Source: a virus. Taken from it: 42,764 bases of DNA. The stretch lies in the IMG/VR virus record IMGVR_UViG_3300045988_053243. One strand, written 5' to 3'. Under the pieces are notes generated by a model. The model saw only the letters and a list, made by a program, of their open reading frames with translations, had not been told where the DNA came from and ran no database searches. The position numbers and the translations under genes were made by a program. Numbering within the stretch: the first letter of the stretch is position 1; each line of letters starts with the position of its first letter. This document shows positions 8,509 through 17,515 of this stretch, in pieces.

Positions 8509-8886
8509 TCACGTCCTCTGCGGTGCCATCGCGATAAACTGGAAGGTCAGGCCGTTCCAGTACGACTCTTTGTCTGTCTTTACGATAAGATTATCCTGTC
8601 CGGAGGTCACGTAGGCGTTAAACGTAAGCGTTTTCTGCCCGTAAGGTAAAACTACCTTGTGGCTGTCCTCCGGTGCGCTCAGGACTTCATACAGCGCGTC
8701 GTAGTCGGCATATTTACCGACTACGGGCTGAATTGTCATCTCATAGTTATAAAACGTGCCGATAATATCGCGTATCATGCGGCCGCTTAAAGCACGTTCC
8801 GCGTTCTCGCCATCAAGTACTTGAAAACTGCGCTTCAAGCCGGTGACAAAAACGTTATAGTTTTTTCCGTCTACAGAAAGTAACAT
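8509..8886 (-). CDS. Small distal-tail-protein-position protein
   Basis: 125-aa ORF immediately after the tape measure gene. Confidence 0.45.
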   Translation of the reverse strand: MLLSVDGKNYNVFVTGLKRSFQVLDGENAERALSGRMIRDIIGTFYNYEMTIQPVVGKYADYDALYEVLSAPEDSHKVVLPYGQKTLTFNAYVTSGQDNLIVKTDKESYWNGLTFQFIAMAPQRT

Positions 8887-11517
8887 TTATGCACCACCTG
8901 TCACAAGATTTACGCCGCGTCGGCGTGTTTCGCTGCTGTTATACGCATTGGTAATGCGCGCGAACTTCGTACCGTCAATATACAGATTGATCGGCGCGTT
9001 GTTATTGCCCGTACCGCCGCGCGCGTCCAGAGCTTTATTGAAAGCATCGATCATGGTAGACAACGGAGTTTCGACGTTCACGCCGCTCCTCTGGTCGCCC
9101 AGCAGCGCAAGAAACTGATTGTTCGGCGAGATTACCGCGCCGTTTGCCAGTGCCGGAACGTTCAGCGAGGGCATGGAGGCGTTAAGCGCAAAGGTGCTTG
9201 TTCCAGAGAAGGCGCCGATAAGCGAGGAAATGCCGCTGCCGATACTGTTGCCGACCTTTCCGAGGAGGCCAATAACATATGCGAGCGCGTCGCCAAGCGC
9301 GGTAATTGCCTGCGTTGCGAGCTCGATTGCACCGATTACCGCAGAGCCGATAAAGCTGATGATCGGCTTTACAACCGCCCAAATCTGCTGTAATACGGGG
9401 GCGAGCGCTTCGCATACCTTTGAAATGGCCTGCAATGCCGCCGTGAGCAGGTCGAGCACCGCCGGGACAGCCTTTTCGATAGTCCACTTGCCGAGCGGCA
9501 GGAGGACGTTCTCATACGCCCACGACAGGCCGTTCATGATGATATCTACAAGCGGTTCAATCGCCGCCCACAGGTTTCGGAACGCCGTCATTAGCGGTTC
9601 AAAGTTGAGCCCGCTTGCCCAGTTCGCCGTGGCCTGCGACATTCTGTCAATGCCTGCAAGCACATCGTCGATGATTTTAAGGATGCTTGTCCAAATCGCG
9701 ACGCCGTTACCGTTGTACTCCCATGCGGATTGCAGATTTTCGGCAATGGATTTAATCGCGGTGATAATGTTCGTGATGATCGAGAGGATGTGCGCAAAGA
9801 TACTTTGTCCCAGTCCACCCTGCGTCCACGCCGTGATAAACGCCTGTCCGATGGAGTTAACAAGGTTCACGACCGCCGTAATCATCTGCATCAGCGCGCT
9901 TAACAGTCGCTCGCCTGCATTGCCGTCGTTCCACGCAGCGATAAAAGCCTGTCCGATTGCCGTAACAGCTTGAACAACGGTATTGATGAGGTTCATAATG
10001 CTTTGCAGCATTTGCTCTCCTACGTTGCCGGTATTCCATGCGTTCGTAAACGCGGTTGCAATCGAGGCAATCAGCTCGAGTATCATTTGCAGCAGGAATT
10101 GCAGATTGTTCAGTGTTTCAACGCCCGTTCCATTGTTCCAGACGTTCATAAACGACTGACCGATAGCGGAAACCATGTCTTTCAGCGCAGAAAGAGCTTT
10201 CTTTGCGCTGTCAATGGTCTGCTGTCCGTACTGCGCCCACGACTCCTGAAACGTTTTCCAGAAATCCGTGAGCCACTGCGGCATCTGGTTTTCCGCCGCA
10301 GAAAAGTCGGTATCAAACTTCGGCGTGCTCGGGTCCTCGGTATTGTTCGTGAGCTTCTGCACTGTATCAAACGACGCAAGAGCCTTTTCAGCTTTCTTTG
10401 TCGCCTTTGTGGTGTCGTTTGTTGCGTCTACCTGTTCCTCAAGCGCTTTAGCGTTGTCCTGCGCTTTCTGCGCCGTCGTTCCGAACACCGATGCGGTAAA
10501 CTGTGCCATCTGTGCCGTTACCTGTGCAAGCGCCTGCATTAGTTTGTTCAGCCATGGCAAAACCGCCTCGTAGATCGGCTGAAAAGCCGTTAACAGATTG
10601 CTTTTTACTTGACCGAAAGACTTTGCAAACGTCTTGTTGGCAAGAAGTGCGCTCCCCAGACGGTTTGTCAATGCCGTCAGTGCTTTGGAAATCAAATTGA
10701 AAAAGAGCGCACCGGCAACAATGGATTTCAGACGAGTACCGAAAGAACGAATGCCGTTACCTGCCTTTTTCATCGAATTCGCTGAAGACTTGCCGAAGCT
10801 CGAAAACTTTGCTTTGAGTTTGTCTACAGCCTTGCCGAGGGCGTTTCCGATGGAGTCTTTGAGCTTGCCGAACGTTGTTTTAACGCCGCTCCCCAGTTCA
10901 GAAAGCACGCGCTTAACCTTCGCAAATTTCGAGGTTGTCTGATTTGCGAAATCGCCCATTGCAGCTTTGGCCTGCGCAAACCCTGCCTGCATGGTCTCAA
11001 GTTTCGCCTGCTCATTGCTGAGACTGGATGTGATGTTCTGCCCTTCGGGGCTCATACGCGACGCTTCGGAAGCCTCTGCAAGTTGCTGCTTGAGCATTGC
11101 CGCCTTGTCGTCTGCGTTTCGCAGCGCTTCGGCGAGCTTGTCGGACTCAGCTACAAGGTTGTTCAGTTTTTGCGCCGACTCCGAAAATTCCTCCTGCGGA
11201 ATTTCGCCCGTTGCCGCCTGCTTGAGTTTTGTATTATAGTCAGCCTGTGCCTTGACGATTTCCGCGTTGACTTCCTCAAGTCGCCCGGATAACCGTTCTG
11301 CCTCTTTGGATGTAGCGGCAAGGTCGGCTTTCATCTTCAAGCCTTTCGTGCCGCCAGCGGCGACCTTTTCCCACTGCGCGGCGAGCTTGTTCACCTTCGC
11401 GGTTTGCTTGTCGATGGCGGCTGACTGCTTTTCAATGTCTTTCGACATCTGTTCAAGCTGTTTCTTTGCCTGCTCGTCACTGATTGTTGCTTCAATTCGG
11501 ATAGAGCCGTCCGCCAT
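8887..11517 (-). CDS. Tape measure protein
   Basis: 876 aa. It has a coiled-coil A/K/Q-rich N part, central hydrophobic repeats (NAWNxGN...) and the canonical position after the chaperones. Confidence 0.9.
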   Translation of the reverse strand: MADGSIRIEATISDEQAKKQLEQMSKDIEKQSAAIDKQTAKVNKLAAQWEKVAAGGTKGLKMKADLAATSKEAERLSGRLEEVNAEIVKAQADYNTKLKQAATGEIPQEEFSESAQKLNNLVAESDKLAEALRNADDKAAMLKQQLAEASEASRMSPEGQNITSSLSNEQAKLETMQAGFAQAKAAMGDFANQTTSKFAKVKRVLSELGSGVKTTFGKLKDSIGNALGKAVDKLKAKFSSFGKSSANSMKKAGNGIRSFGTRLKSIVAGALFFNLISKALTALTNRLGSALLANKTFAKSFGQVKSNLLTAFQPIYEAVLPWLNKLMQALAQVTAQMAQFTASVFGTTAQKAQDNAKALEEQVDATNDTTKATKKAEKALASFDTVQKLTNNTEDPSTPKFDTDFSAAENQMPQWLTDFWKTFQESWAQYGQQTIDSAKKALSALKDMVSAIGQSFMNVWNNGTGVETLNNLQFLLQMILELIASIATAFTNAWNTGNVGEQMLQSIMNLINTVVQAVTAIGQAFIAAWNDGNAGERLLSALMQMITAVVNLVNSIGQAFITAWTQGGLGQSIFAHILSIITNIITAIKSIAENLQSAWEYNGNGVAIWTSILKIIDDVLAGIDRMSQATANWASGLNFEPLMTAFRNLWAAIEPLVDIIMNGLSWAYENVLLPLGKWTIEKAVPAVLDLLTAALQAISKVCEALAPVLQQIWAVVKPIISFIGSAVIGAIELATQAITALGDALAYVIGLLGKVGNSIGSGISSLIGAFSGTSTFALNASMPSLNVPALANGAVISPNNQFLALLGDQRSGVNVETPLSTMIDAFNKALDARGGTGNNNAPINLYIDGTKFARITNAYNSSETRRRGVNLVTGGA

Positions 11518-11532
11518 TTATTCACCGCCTTT

Positions 11533-12066
11533 CTATTTGATCTGCGCCCAGAATGCGTCTACTACTTCCTTCTCTTCCTCAGAAAGTGCAGGCGTGGGCG
11601 TAAGATTACGTTTGAGTCGTTCGTAGTCCTGCCGCTGCTTGCCCTTCATCTTGCTTGTGTCCGTGCCTCTGATCTGGATTGCATGAGAGATAGCAGAGTC
11701 CTCGTCAAGACTTTCCATCATCGCCATAAATTCAAACCAGTGCAAATTGATCTTGTGCAGTTCAATCCCGAACGTCTGCCGGAACGACGCATACAGCCGT
11801 GCGGCGTCATAGTCGAACCACAGCAGCCGTTTACCGCCCGGTTCGATTTCTTTATCGTCACCGCATCGAATGAACCACTGTAGGCCTTCTAGGGCCACGT
11901 CAAGGGGCGGCATCCCTGCTCCGAAAAGCAGAGACAGTGCCACCATTACGCGGTCATTCTCGTTCAGCTCCGGGTCATCGAGCGCAAGGGAAATCTGAAT
12001 GCCGATGCGGTAATCCGTGCGGATGAGATAGCCCTTGTAATCGCTCGGCAGGCGGTCGAGCAGCAT
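11533..12066 (-). CDS. Gp15-like tail assembly protein
   Basis: ATG at 12066 lies one nt after the upstream stop; the ORF track starts at an alternative GTG at 12084. The position upstream of the TMP fits this role. Confidence 0.6.
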   Translation of the reverse strand: MLLDRLPSDYKGYLIRTDYRIGIQISLALDDPELNENDRVMVALSLLFGAGMPPLDVALEGLQWFIRCGDDKEIEPGGKRLLWFDYDAARLYASFRQTFGIELHKINLHWFEFMAMMESLDEDSAISHAIQIRGTDTSKMKGKQRQDYERLKRNLTPTPALSEEEKEVVDAFWAQIK

Positions 12067-12067
12067 G

Positions 12068-12460
12068 TTAAACACTGCCGACACGCTCCGAACTGTACTT
12101 GTTCATGTTCGCTACGCGCTTCTGTGCGTGCGCGTCTACGATCGGGATGAGCTGAGAGAAAAAGTCTAAGAACTGGTCAGAGGACGGAAGCACCGCGCCG
12201 AAAACCTTCTTGCAGGTATTCTCGCCGATGAGCGCGTCCGTTTTGTCGCGAATTTCCTTGTCAAATTCAACAACGGCATCAATCGCGCCCATAACGTCGT
12301 TGTCCTTTGCGGAAATGGCATCTGCCTTATCCTTGAGCTCGTTCAGCAGTTTGAAAAAGCCCTGAATAAAGCTGTCGTCCGAGAGGGGAAGCGAAATTGT
12401 TTCCCCTGCATCGTTTACCTCGATGATCTTAACGCCACTGTTTACGCGGATACTTTCCAT
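12068..12460 (-). CDS. Tail assembly chaperone
   Basis: 130-aa acidic ORF between the major tail protein and the Gp15-like gene. Confidence 0.6.
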   Translation of the reverse strand: MESIRVNSGVKIIEVNDAGETISLPLSDDSFIQGFFKLLNELKDKADAISAKDNDVMGAIDAVVEFDKEIRDKTDALIGENTCKKVFGAVLPSSDQFLDFFSQLIPIVDAHAQKRVANMNKYSSERVGSV

Positions 12461-12474
12461 TTCTTATTTCCTCC

Positions 12475-12999
12475 TTAAACTGCTACGTCAGCAGTGAATA
12501 CCGGCGCGCCATCGGTGATCTTTACGGTACCGGGGATGGGGTCGCCGACATAGTTGATCGTGAATTCCTGCGTCGGAGTTGCGTCGCCATCGCCGCCGTA
12601 GCTGTCGAGCTGAATAGAGACCTCCTGCACCTCTGCAACGTAAGTTGCGCTAGCGCCATCGCCGGTAACGTCCCACAGGTCGACATTCAGCATCCATGCG
12701 TGCGCATCGGCCAGAATTGCGCGTGCGCGGCGCTTCTTGGTGATGAACGTGTATACCGGGTCGCCCTTCGTGCACTGCTGCGATACGGACATGTTCGGCT
12801 GATAGCCGGTCAGCTCCGTAGTCGCAGAGGACGAAATAATATCCTGATCAGTCTTGATCTGTGCGCCGAAATCAATAGCAGCACTCGTTACGTTCTTGCC
12901 TACGCGCGCCCAATTTGCGGCGGAATACTCGCCCATCTTGTCGGAAGTATCCAGAAAGTGTGCGATAAGGGAACGTTTTACCTTTTCAGTAGTTGCCAT
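12475..12999 (-). CDS. Major tail protein
   Basis: 174 aa, in the position after the head-tail joining genes and before the chaperones. Confidence 0.7.
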   Translation of the reverse strand: MATTEKVKRSLIAHFLDTSDKMGEYSAANWARVGKNVTSAAIDFGAQIKTDQDIISSSATTELTGYQPNMSVSQQCTKGDPVYTFITKKRRARAILADAHAWMLNVDLWDVTGDGASATYVAEVQEVSIQLDSYGGDGDATPTQEFTINYVGDPIPGTVKITDGAPVFTADVAV

Positions 13000-13002
13000 T
13001 TG

Positions 13003-13434
13003 TTACACCTCTACTTCATATTTCATGGTCATGAGAATTTGATAATCCTCGGTTAAATCTTCATAGCGTGCTACAAGAGCCGCCGGAGTAATACGCTCGA
13101 CATCCGTTACCGTCATGCCCTCCCCCAGTTCGGGAGGGTTTTCTTCTGCCCATGCACCCACTTCATTCAGCAGTGTTTCTACGTCAAGACGTTCGCCGCT
13201 GCTTGTTGGCAGAGCGCGGTACATAATACCGAATTGGTATTGCGCGGAATAGCTTCCATCCACGTACTGAGCCGTTTTGAAAGCGCCTGAAACAGATGTG
13301 AGCATCATTCCAGAGCGTTCAGGGGGAAGATATTCAAACTCGATGTCAGGAACATGCCCTTGCAGCCATAAAAGAACGGCGCGTGAGACTGTATCCTGCT
13401 CACGCACCGTTAATACATTTACCTTTTCAGCCAT
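13003..13434 (-). CDS. Head-tail joining / tail terminator-like protein (minor-capsid-family position 3)
   Basis: 143-aa ORF, third of three small genes between the connector and the major tail protein. Confidence 0.5.
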   Translation of the reverse strand: MAEKVNVLTVREQDTVSRAVLLWLQGHVPDIEFEYLPPERSGMMLTSVSGAFKTAQYVDGSYSAQYQFGIMYRALPTSSGERLDVETLLNEVGAWAEENPPELGEGMTVTDVERITPAALVARYEDLTEDYQILMTMKYEVEV

Positions 13435-13825
13435 CGCTCAGTATCTTTCGCACTCCTTCCCTCCAGTGTTCCTCGTTCACCGCGCGGCTTGCCTCAAACC
13501 AGTGTGGTTGCGCGTGTTTGTGCATCGCCTTGCTGTATTTGAGGTCTCGCTCGGTCAACACCTTGCGCACGCCCTTAGGCGCGAATGTGCTTCCTGTTGC
13601 CGGGTCGATCATAACCTTGCCGTAATACTGAAAACGTGCATACGGCGAGACATACACGATGGTATGCCCATGCCGCTGTACGTTCATTGCCAGTACACCG
13701 GTTCGCGCCGGAACAAACGGGTCTGTATCCTTGATGATCTCCTCAACAAGCCACGTGTTCGCCTTTTCCACGCGCCTATCAAGCACGTTGTTGGGCAGGT
13801 GCAGTTTCATAGAGTAGCGTATCAT
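13427..13825 (-). CDS. Head-tail joining protein (minor capsid protein family)
   Basis: 132 aa. The motifs DPFVPARTG and PYARFQYYG resemble the streptococcal-phage minor capsid protein family. Confidence 0.6.
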   Translation of the reverse strand: MIRYSMKLHLPNNVLDRRVEKANTWLVEEIIKDTDPFVPARTGVLAMNVQRHGHTIVYVSPYARFQYYGKVMIDPATGSTFAPKGVRKVLTERDLKYSKAMHKHAQPHWFEASRAVNEEHWREGVRKILSDG

Positions 13826-14133
13826 CGGCCGCCCACCTCCAAATGCTGCAAGCCCCCGTAATCATACAGAGAGACGTTTGTGACGCGGTATGTCTCGTAC
13901 TTCTCACGGCATTTCTGGTAACTTCCTGCATCCGGCACATCGCCGCGCGCAAAATAGTCCTTTTCCGGGCTGATGATCTGCGTAAACGGTAAAGGGATAT
14001 GCAGCGTTACACTGTCTGCGCTGTTCTGTGCGGTTTTCGTTACGCTCGTGCCTCTGGTGCTTTCAAGCAAAACGCCCGTCAGAACAGTTCGGCCAGACGG
14101 CTGAAACAACGTTACAGTGTGGGGCAGTCGCAT
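13822..14133 (-). CDS. Head-tail joining protein (head closure position)
   Basis: The internal ATG at 14133 is preceded by gggaggtg. The N-terminal extension in the ORF track is not protein-like. Confidence 0.5.
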   Translation of the reverse strand: MRLPHTVTLFQPSGRTVLTGVLLESTRGTSVTKTAQNSADSVTLHIPLPFTQIISPEKDYFARGDVPDAGSYQKCREKYETYRVTNVSLYDYGGLQHLEVGGR

Positions 14134-14498
14134 CCGCAGCACCTCCCACCTCGGTACAGCATTCCGGTATTTGCAAGATACATTTCCGCAGCCGCTTTGA
14201 GCTGTGCCTTTGCCTCCTGCATTGCCTCTGTGCCGCTGCGATAGCTTACAGACCAAGAGCCAACGCTCTCGCTCTGTTTCTCCTGCTCAGCAGATGCCGC
14301 GCGAGTTTGGAGCGTATCAATCACTTGATATTGCTCCGCGACCGCACAGCACGCCATCTTTGCAGGCTCGCTATCGTCAATTCTTCCGCGCGCAAGATAG
14401 GTAAGATACGCTACAGCGCGGCTTTCAAGGCGCGGAAACTCGTCCTCGGCAATCTGGTTGCCGAGGTACGTATCCTTGTAATATGCGTAATCTACCAT
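14112..14498 (-). CDS. Head-tail connector (gp6-like adaptor)
   Basis: 128 aa immediately after the major capsid gene. The N terminus MVDYAYYKDTYLG..EDEF is typical of this adaptor family. Confidence 0.6.
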   Translation of the reverse strand: MVDYAYYKDTYLGNQIAEDEFPRLESRAVAYLTYLARGRIDDSEPAKMACCAVAEQYQVIDTLQTRAASAEQEKQSESVGSWSVSYRSGTEAMQEAKAQLKAAAEMYLANTGMLYRGGRCCGCDCPTL

Positions 14499-14511
14499 TT
14501 GCGTTTGCTCC

Positions 14512-15744
14512 TTACAGAAGGGTTACGGATGCGGTGCCGCTCTTGCTTGCGTCCTGCTTCGACTCAGCAGTTACCGTGAGGCTCGATGCAGTCTCCGCCT
14601 TGTCAACGGTCAGCAGGCCGTCCTCGGTGATCTTGGTGTTAGCCTTTGCGCCGCCGGAAACACTCCACGATACGCTGTCGGAAACAATGCCGTCGCCGGT
14701 TACATCCGCAGTAAACACCTTGGAACCGCCCTTTGCAAGGCTTGCAGTCGCCGGAGTTACCTTTACATTGGAAACAGTGCCGCCGTTGCCGTAAACGGAG
14801 AACGGGAACGGGTTTTCCATGTCCGCATTAAATGCAGTTACCGGGTTTGCGATCTCCCAGCCGAGGCGCATAACCGCGCGCAGCGCAACCATGTCGTTCT
14901 GCATGAGGTTGTACTGGATTGCCTTGGTAGACGGATCCTGAATAACGCCCTCGGTGAAGATCTTGAACGTGATGTCCTGGCGGATTGCGTACACGAGCTG
15001 CGACCAGTCGCCGACAATCATCTTTGCGAGCGTCGGGTCAAACGCGCCGTTATTCGGGAAATACATATCCATGCCGTCCAGAGCGTAGCGAGACGCGCCC
15101 TGCATGTCAGTCTTAAAGATCGGCTGACCGGTGGTATCTACCAGACCGCGCAGCTTGCCGCGCATCTGTACGGCGGATACAACGCCGTTCGGGCTGTAGC
15201 CGTCCAGTTCAACCTTTGCGATCAGGCCGTTCTCGCCCATGATGTCGCCGAAAGTGTCGGTAGAGGTCGGAACGCCGTTGCCTGCTGCAATCGCAGACGG
15301 GACAACGCCATCACGCCACGTGGTCGGCTTGTCAGCGCCGAACAGGATTGCGGCGTCAATCTTCTTGCCGAACGCCTCGACCAGACGCGGACGAACTTCA
15401 CCCCAGATGTCGTAATCCGCATCATCCAGAACTGCCTCCGGGATGGGGACGATTACCGCGATTTCCTCGGCGTAAATCTTCTTCTTCTCCCATGCCATCT
15501 TGGTCGTCTGCTTGTACGCTGCGGAGTCAGCCGCGCCAGTTCCGGAAACCTCGCCGTTTACCCAGTAAGCGGTCGGCAGCATATCCAGAACGTTCATGGT
15601 CTGGGTCTTGCTGGTCATGTTCGGCAGGCGGCGAGCCATACGCAGCACTGCCGACTCTGCAACAGCGCCCTGAAGGATTTCACGAGTTACCGGCTCCGGG
15701 ATGAGGCCGGAAAGGGAATTGCGGTCAATTACGTTATTTGCCAT
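14512..15744 (-). CDS. Major capsid protein (HK97-fold type) with a C-terminal Ig-like (Big_2-type) domain
   Basis: 410 aa located after the scaffold gene. The C-terminal roughly 90 aa (VKVTPATASLAKGGSKVFTADVTG...LTVTAESKQD) matches the bacterial Ig-like group 2 pattern. Confidence 0.85.
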   Translation of the reverse strand: MANNVIDRNSLSGLIPEPVTREILQGAVAESAVLRMARRLPNMTSKTQTMNVLDMLPTAYWVNGEVSGTGAADSAAYKQTTKMAWEKKKIYAEEIAVIVPIPEAVLDDADYDIWGEVRPRLVEAFGKKIDAAILFGADKPTTWRDGVVPSAIAAGNGVPTSTDTFGDIMGENGLIAKVELDGYSPNGVVSAVQMRGKLRGLVDTTGQPIFKTDMQGASRYALDGMDMYFPNNGAFDPTLAKMIVGDWSQLVYAIRQDITFKIFTEGVIQDPSTKAIQYNLMQNDMVALRAVMRLGWEIANPVTAFNADMENPFPFSVYGNGGTVSNVKVTPATASLAKGGSKVFTADVTGDGIVSDSVSWSVSGGAKANTKITEDGLLTVDKAETASSLTVTAESKQDASKSGTASVTLL

Positions 15745-15762
15745 TGTTAAAAGCTCCTTTTC

Positions 15763-16275
15763 TTACTTGATCGCCCCACGAATAAGCGCGTTCATCGCTG
15801 CATTGGGGGCGTTTTTCTGGTTGCCATCGCCAACAGGCGCAGTCCAATCAAACGAGGTACGCGGTCGACGTTCCTGCGCGATTGCATCCACAGCCTGTTC
15901 AAAGGTGGTCTTGTCATCTACCATCTTCGCGGCCTTGAACGCGATAAACTCCGCCTCGTCGCCGGTGAAACCCTTCGACGAAACGTATCTTTCGTGCTCA
16001 AGCTGTTCGATCTTCGCGTTCGCCGCCGAAAGGTTGCTTACTGCGGTGTCGCGCTCTTTGGTGATGTTGTTCATTCTGTCCTGCTCGGTCTGCTGACTGT
16101 CTTTCCACGTGCGGAATGCGGTCAGCTCTTCCTCGCTGGGCATCTTCTTCCGTTCACGCTCAAGGCGAGACTGGATCATCTTGTCTACGTCCGCCTGACT
16201 GAACGTCTTTTCCTGCTGTGCAGCAGTGTTGTTTTCCGCGCCCGGCGCGTTGGTGTTGGTAGCGTTGTTTTCCAT
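15763..16275 (-). CDS. Scaffolding protein
   Basis: ATG 16275 is preceded by aaggag. The protein is charged and coiled-coil-like, and sits between the head morphogenesis and capsid genes. Confidence 0.7.
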   Translation of the reverse strand: MENNATNTNAPGAENNTAAQQEKTFSQADVDKMIQSRLERERKKMPSEEELTAFRTWKDSQQTEQDRMNNITKERDTAVSNLSAANAKIEQLEHERYVSSKGFTGDEAEFIAFKAAKMVDDKTTFEQAVDAIAQERRPRTSFDWTAPVGDGNQKNAPNAAMNALIRGAIK

Positions 16276-16345
16276 TGTGGTCTCCTTGTTTAACGTCCTG
16301 TCGGACAATTTGGCAATAAAAAACACCGTGTTTCCACGATGCCAA

Positions 16346-17515
16346 TTATTCAATTACTTTCATGCGGTTGGTCTGCGTCGGCAGGCTCGCCGCCCGGCTG
16401 AATTCGCGATATTCTTTCTTCAATCGGCGAATGCGGATGCCTGTTTGCTCTTCCTTGCCCGTCATTCCTGCGGCGTTGTACGCGGCTCTGCGGCGCTCCA
16501 GTTTTCGCACTGTGCGTTCTATCTTGCGCTGCATCTGCGTTGCTTCATAGGCGCTGTACGTGCGCCCCTCGAACTCCACAGGCGGTGGGTCGATGTTCGC
16601 AAGCTCGTCGTCTGTGTAGACGCGCTCAGAAACGCCCTCTAAAAACGCATGCCGATGATGCCTACAGTTAGCGCCCTCCAGACCGTCAACAGCACCCAAT
16701 CCACAAACCTTGTAAATATTCGGGTATTTGCTGCCGTCTTTCGTGCTGTAAACCTTGCCTTGCCATGCCTTGTGGTTCTTCCATCCTGTGCCTTTATCAC
16801 GCGCGCCGCGATGGGCGGTGATTTCGTACAGGTCAGTTTCCAGTGTTTCCGCAGCCGTTTCCGTGTATTTCGAGGTGAGCTGATTTAGCCCCGTGAAAAT
16901 AGCTCTGCGCGCTGCAACGTCTGCATGGTCTCTGTGCCCTGTCGCATAGTCAATCGTGTATATGCCGCTGTCTGCAAGCTCTCTAACTGCATCCTCAAGT
17001 GACTGCTGCAACGTAAACGCGCCGGACTGCATTTTCACTTCTGCTTTGTCAAGGGCGGCTTGATACGCCTTTGCAATCGGCTGAAATGTAGCCTTTCCGT
17101 TTGTTTGCAGTGCAAAACCGAGAGAGCGCGTAATGTTGCGGTATCCGTCAAGCGTCTGTGACTGTATCTGCGCGATATCCGCAGCCGTCACCCAGAAAAG
17201 CGGTTCGGCAACACTCGCTTTGCTTGCAAGCTCGTTGTAATACTTCTGGTTGTATTCAACAACACGGTCAAGTGCTTCCTGCACCCGTGGAAGCGTCTCT
17301 TTGCTGTGCTTTGCAATCATTCGTTCGATGGTCTCCATATCCAGACCACGCGCACGCAGCGCGCGAATATCGTTTATGGTGACTTCGTTCAGCTCGCCGG
17401 TCAGCTTAAAGCGTGAACATATCTCGCGCAAGATGTCCTTTTCGAGCTCTCGCATTGCAATCGCAATCGGTTCGGGCGCTGCGTCGAGGTATTCCGGTGT
17501 GATTGGATACTTCAT
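16346..17515 (-). CDS. Head morphogenesis protein (SPP1 gp7 / Mu F family)
   Basis: 389 aa directly after the portal gene, with the motif GANCRHHRHAF near the C terminus. Confidence 0.8.
   Translation of the reverse strand: MKYPITPEYLDAAPEPIAIAMRELEKDILREICSRFKLTGELNEVTINDIRALRARGLDMETIERMIAKHSKETLPRVQEALDRVVEYNQKYYNELASKASVAEPLFWVTAADIAQIQSQTLDGYRNITRSLGFALQTNGKATFQPIAKAYQAALDKAEVKMQSGAFTLQQSLEDAVRELADSGIYTIDYATGHRDHADVAARRAIFTGLNQLTSKYTETAAETLETDLYEITAHRGARDKGTGWKNHKAWQGKVYSTKDGSKYPNIYKVCGLGAVDGLEGANCRHHRHAFLEGVSERVYTDDELANIDPPPVEFEGRTYSAYEATQMQRKIERTVRKLERRRAAYNAAGMTGKEEQTGIRIRRLKKEYREFSRAASLPTQTNRMKVIE

Noticed and set aside
7048-8649. Very long antisense ORFs: 7048..8649 (+, 533 aa), and also 3283..4323, 28273..29268, 323..1264 and 17938..18729
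   Set aside because: Each lies entirely opposite a gene with clear family signatures (tail protein, amidase, methyltransferase, portal). They have R/C/A/V-rich junk composition and no RBS, so they are shadow frames.
12050-12100. Programmed -1 frameshift between the two tail chaperone ORFs
   Set aside because: The downstream ORF has its own ATG (12066) one nt after the upstream stop. I saw no slippery heptamer in the short overlap. A frameshift cannot be excluded without a proper motif scan.
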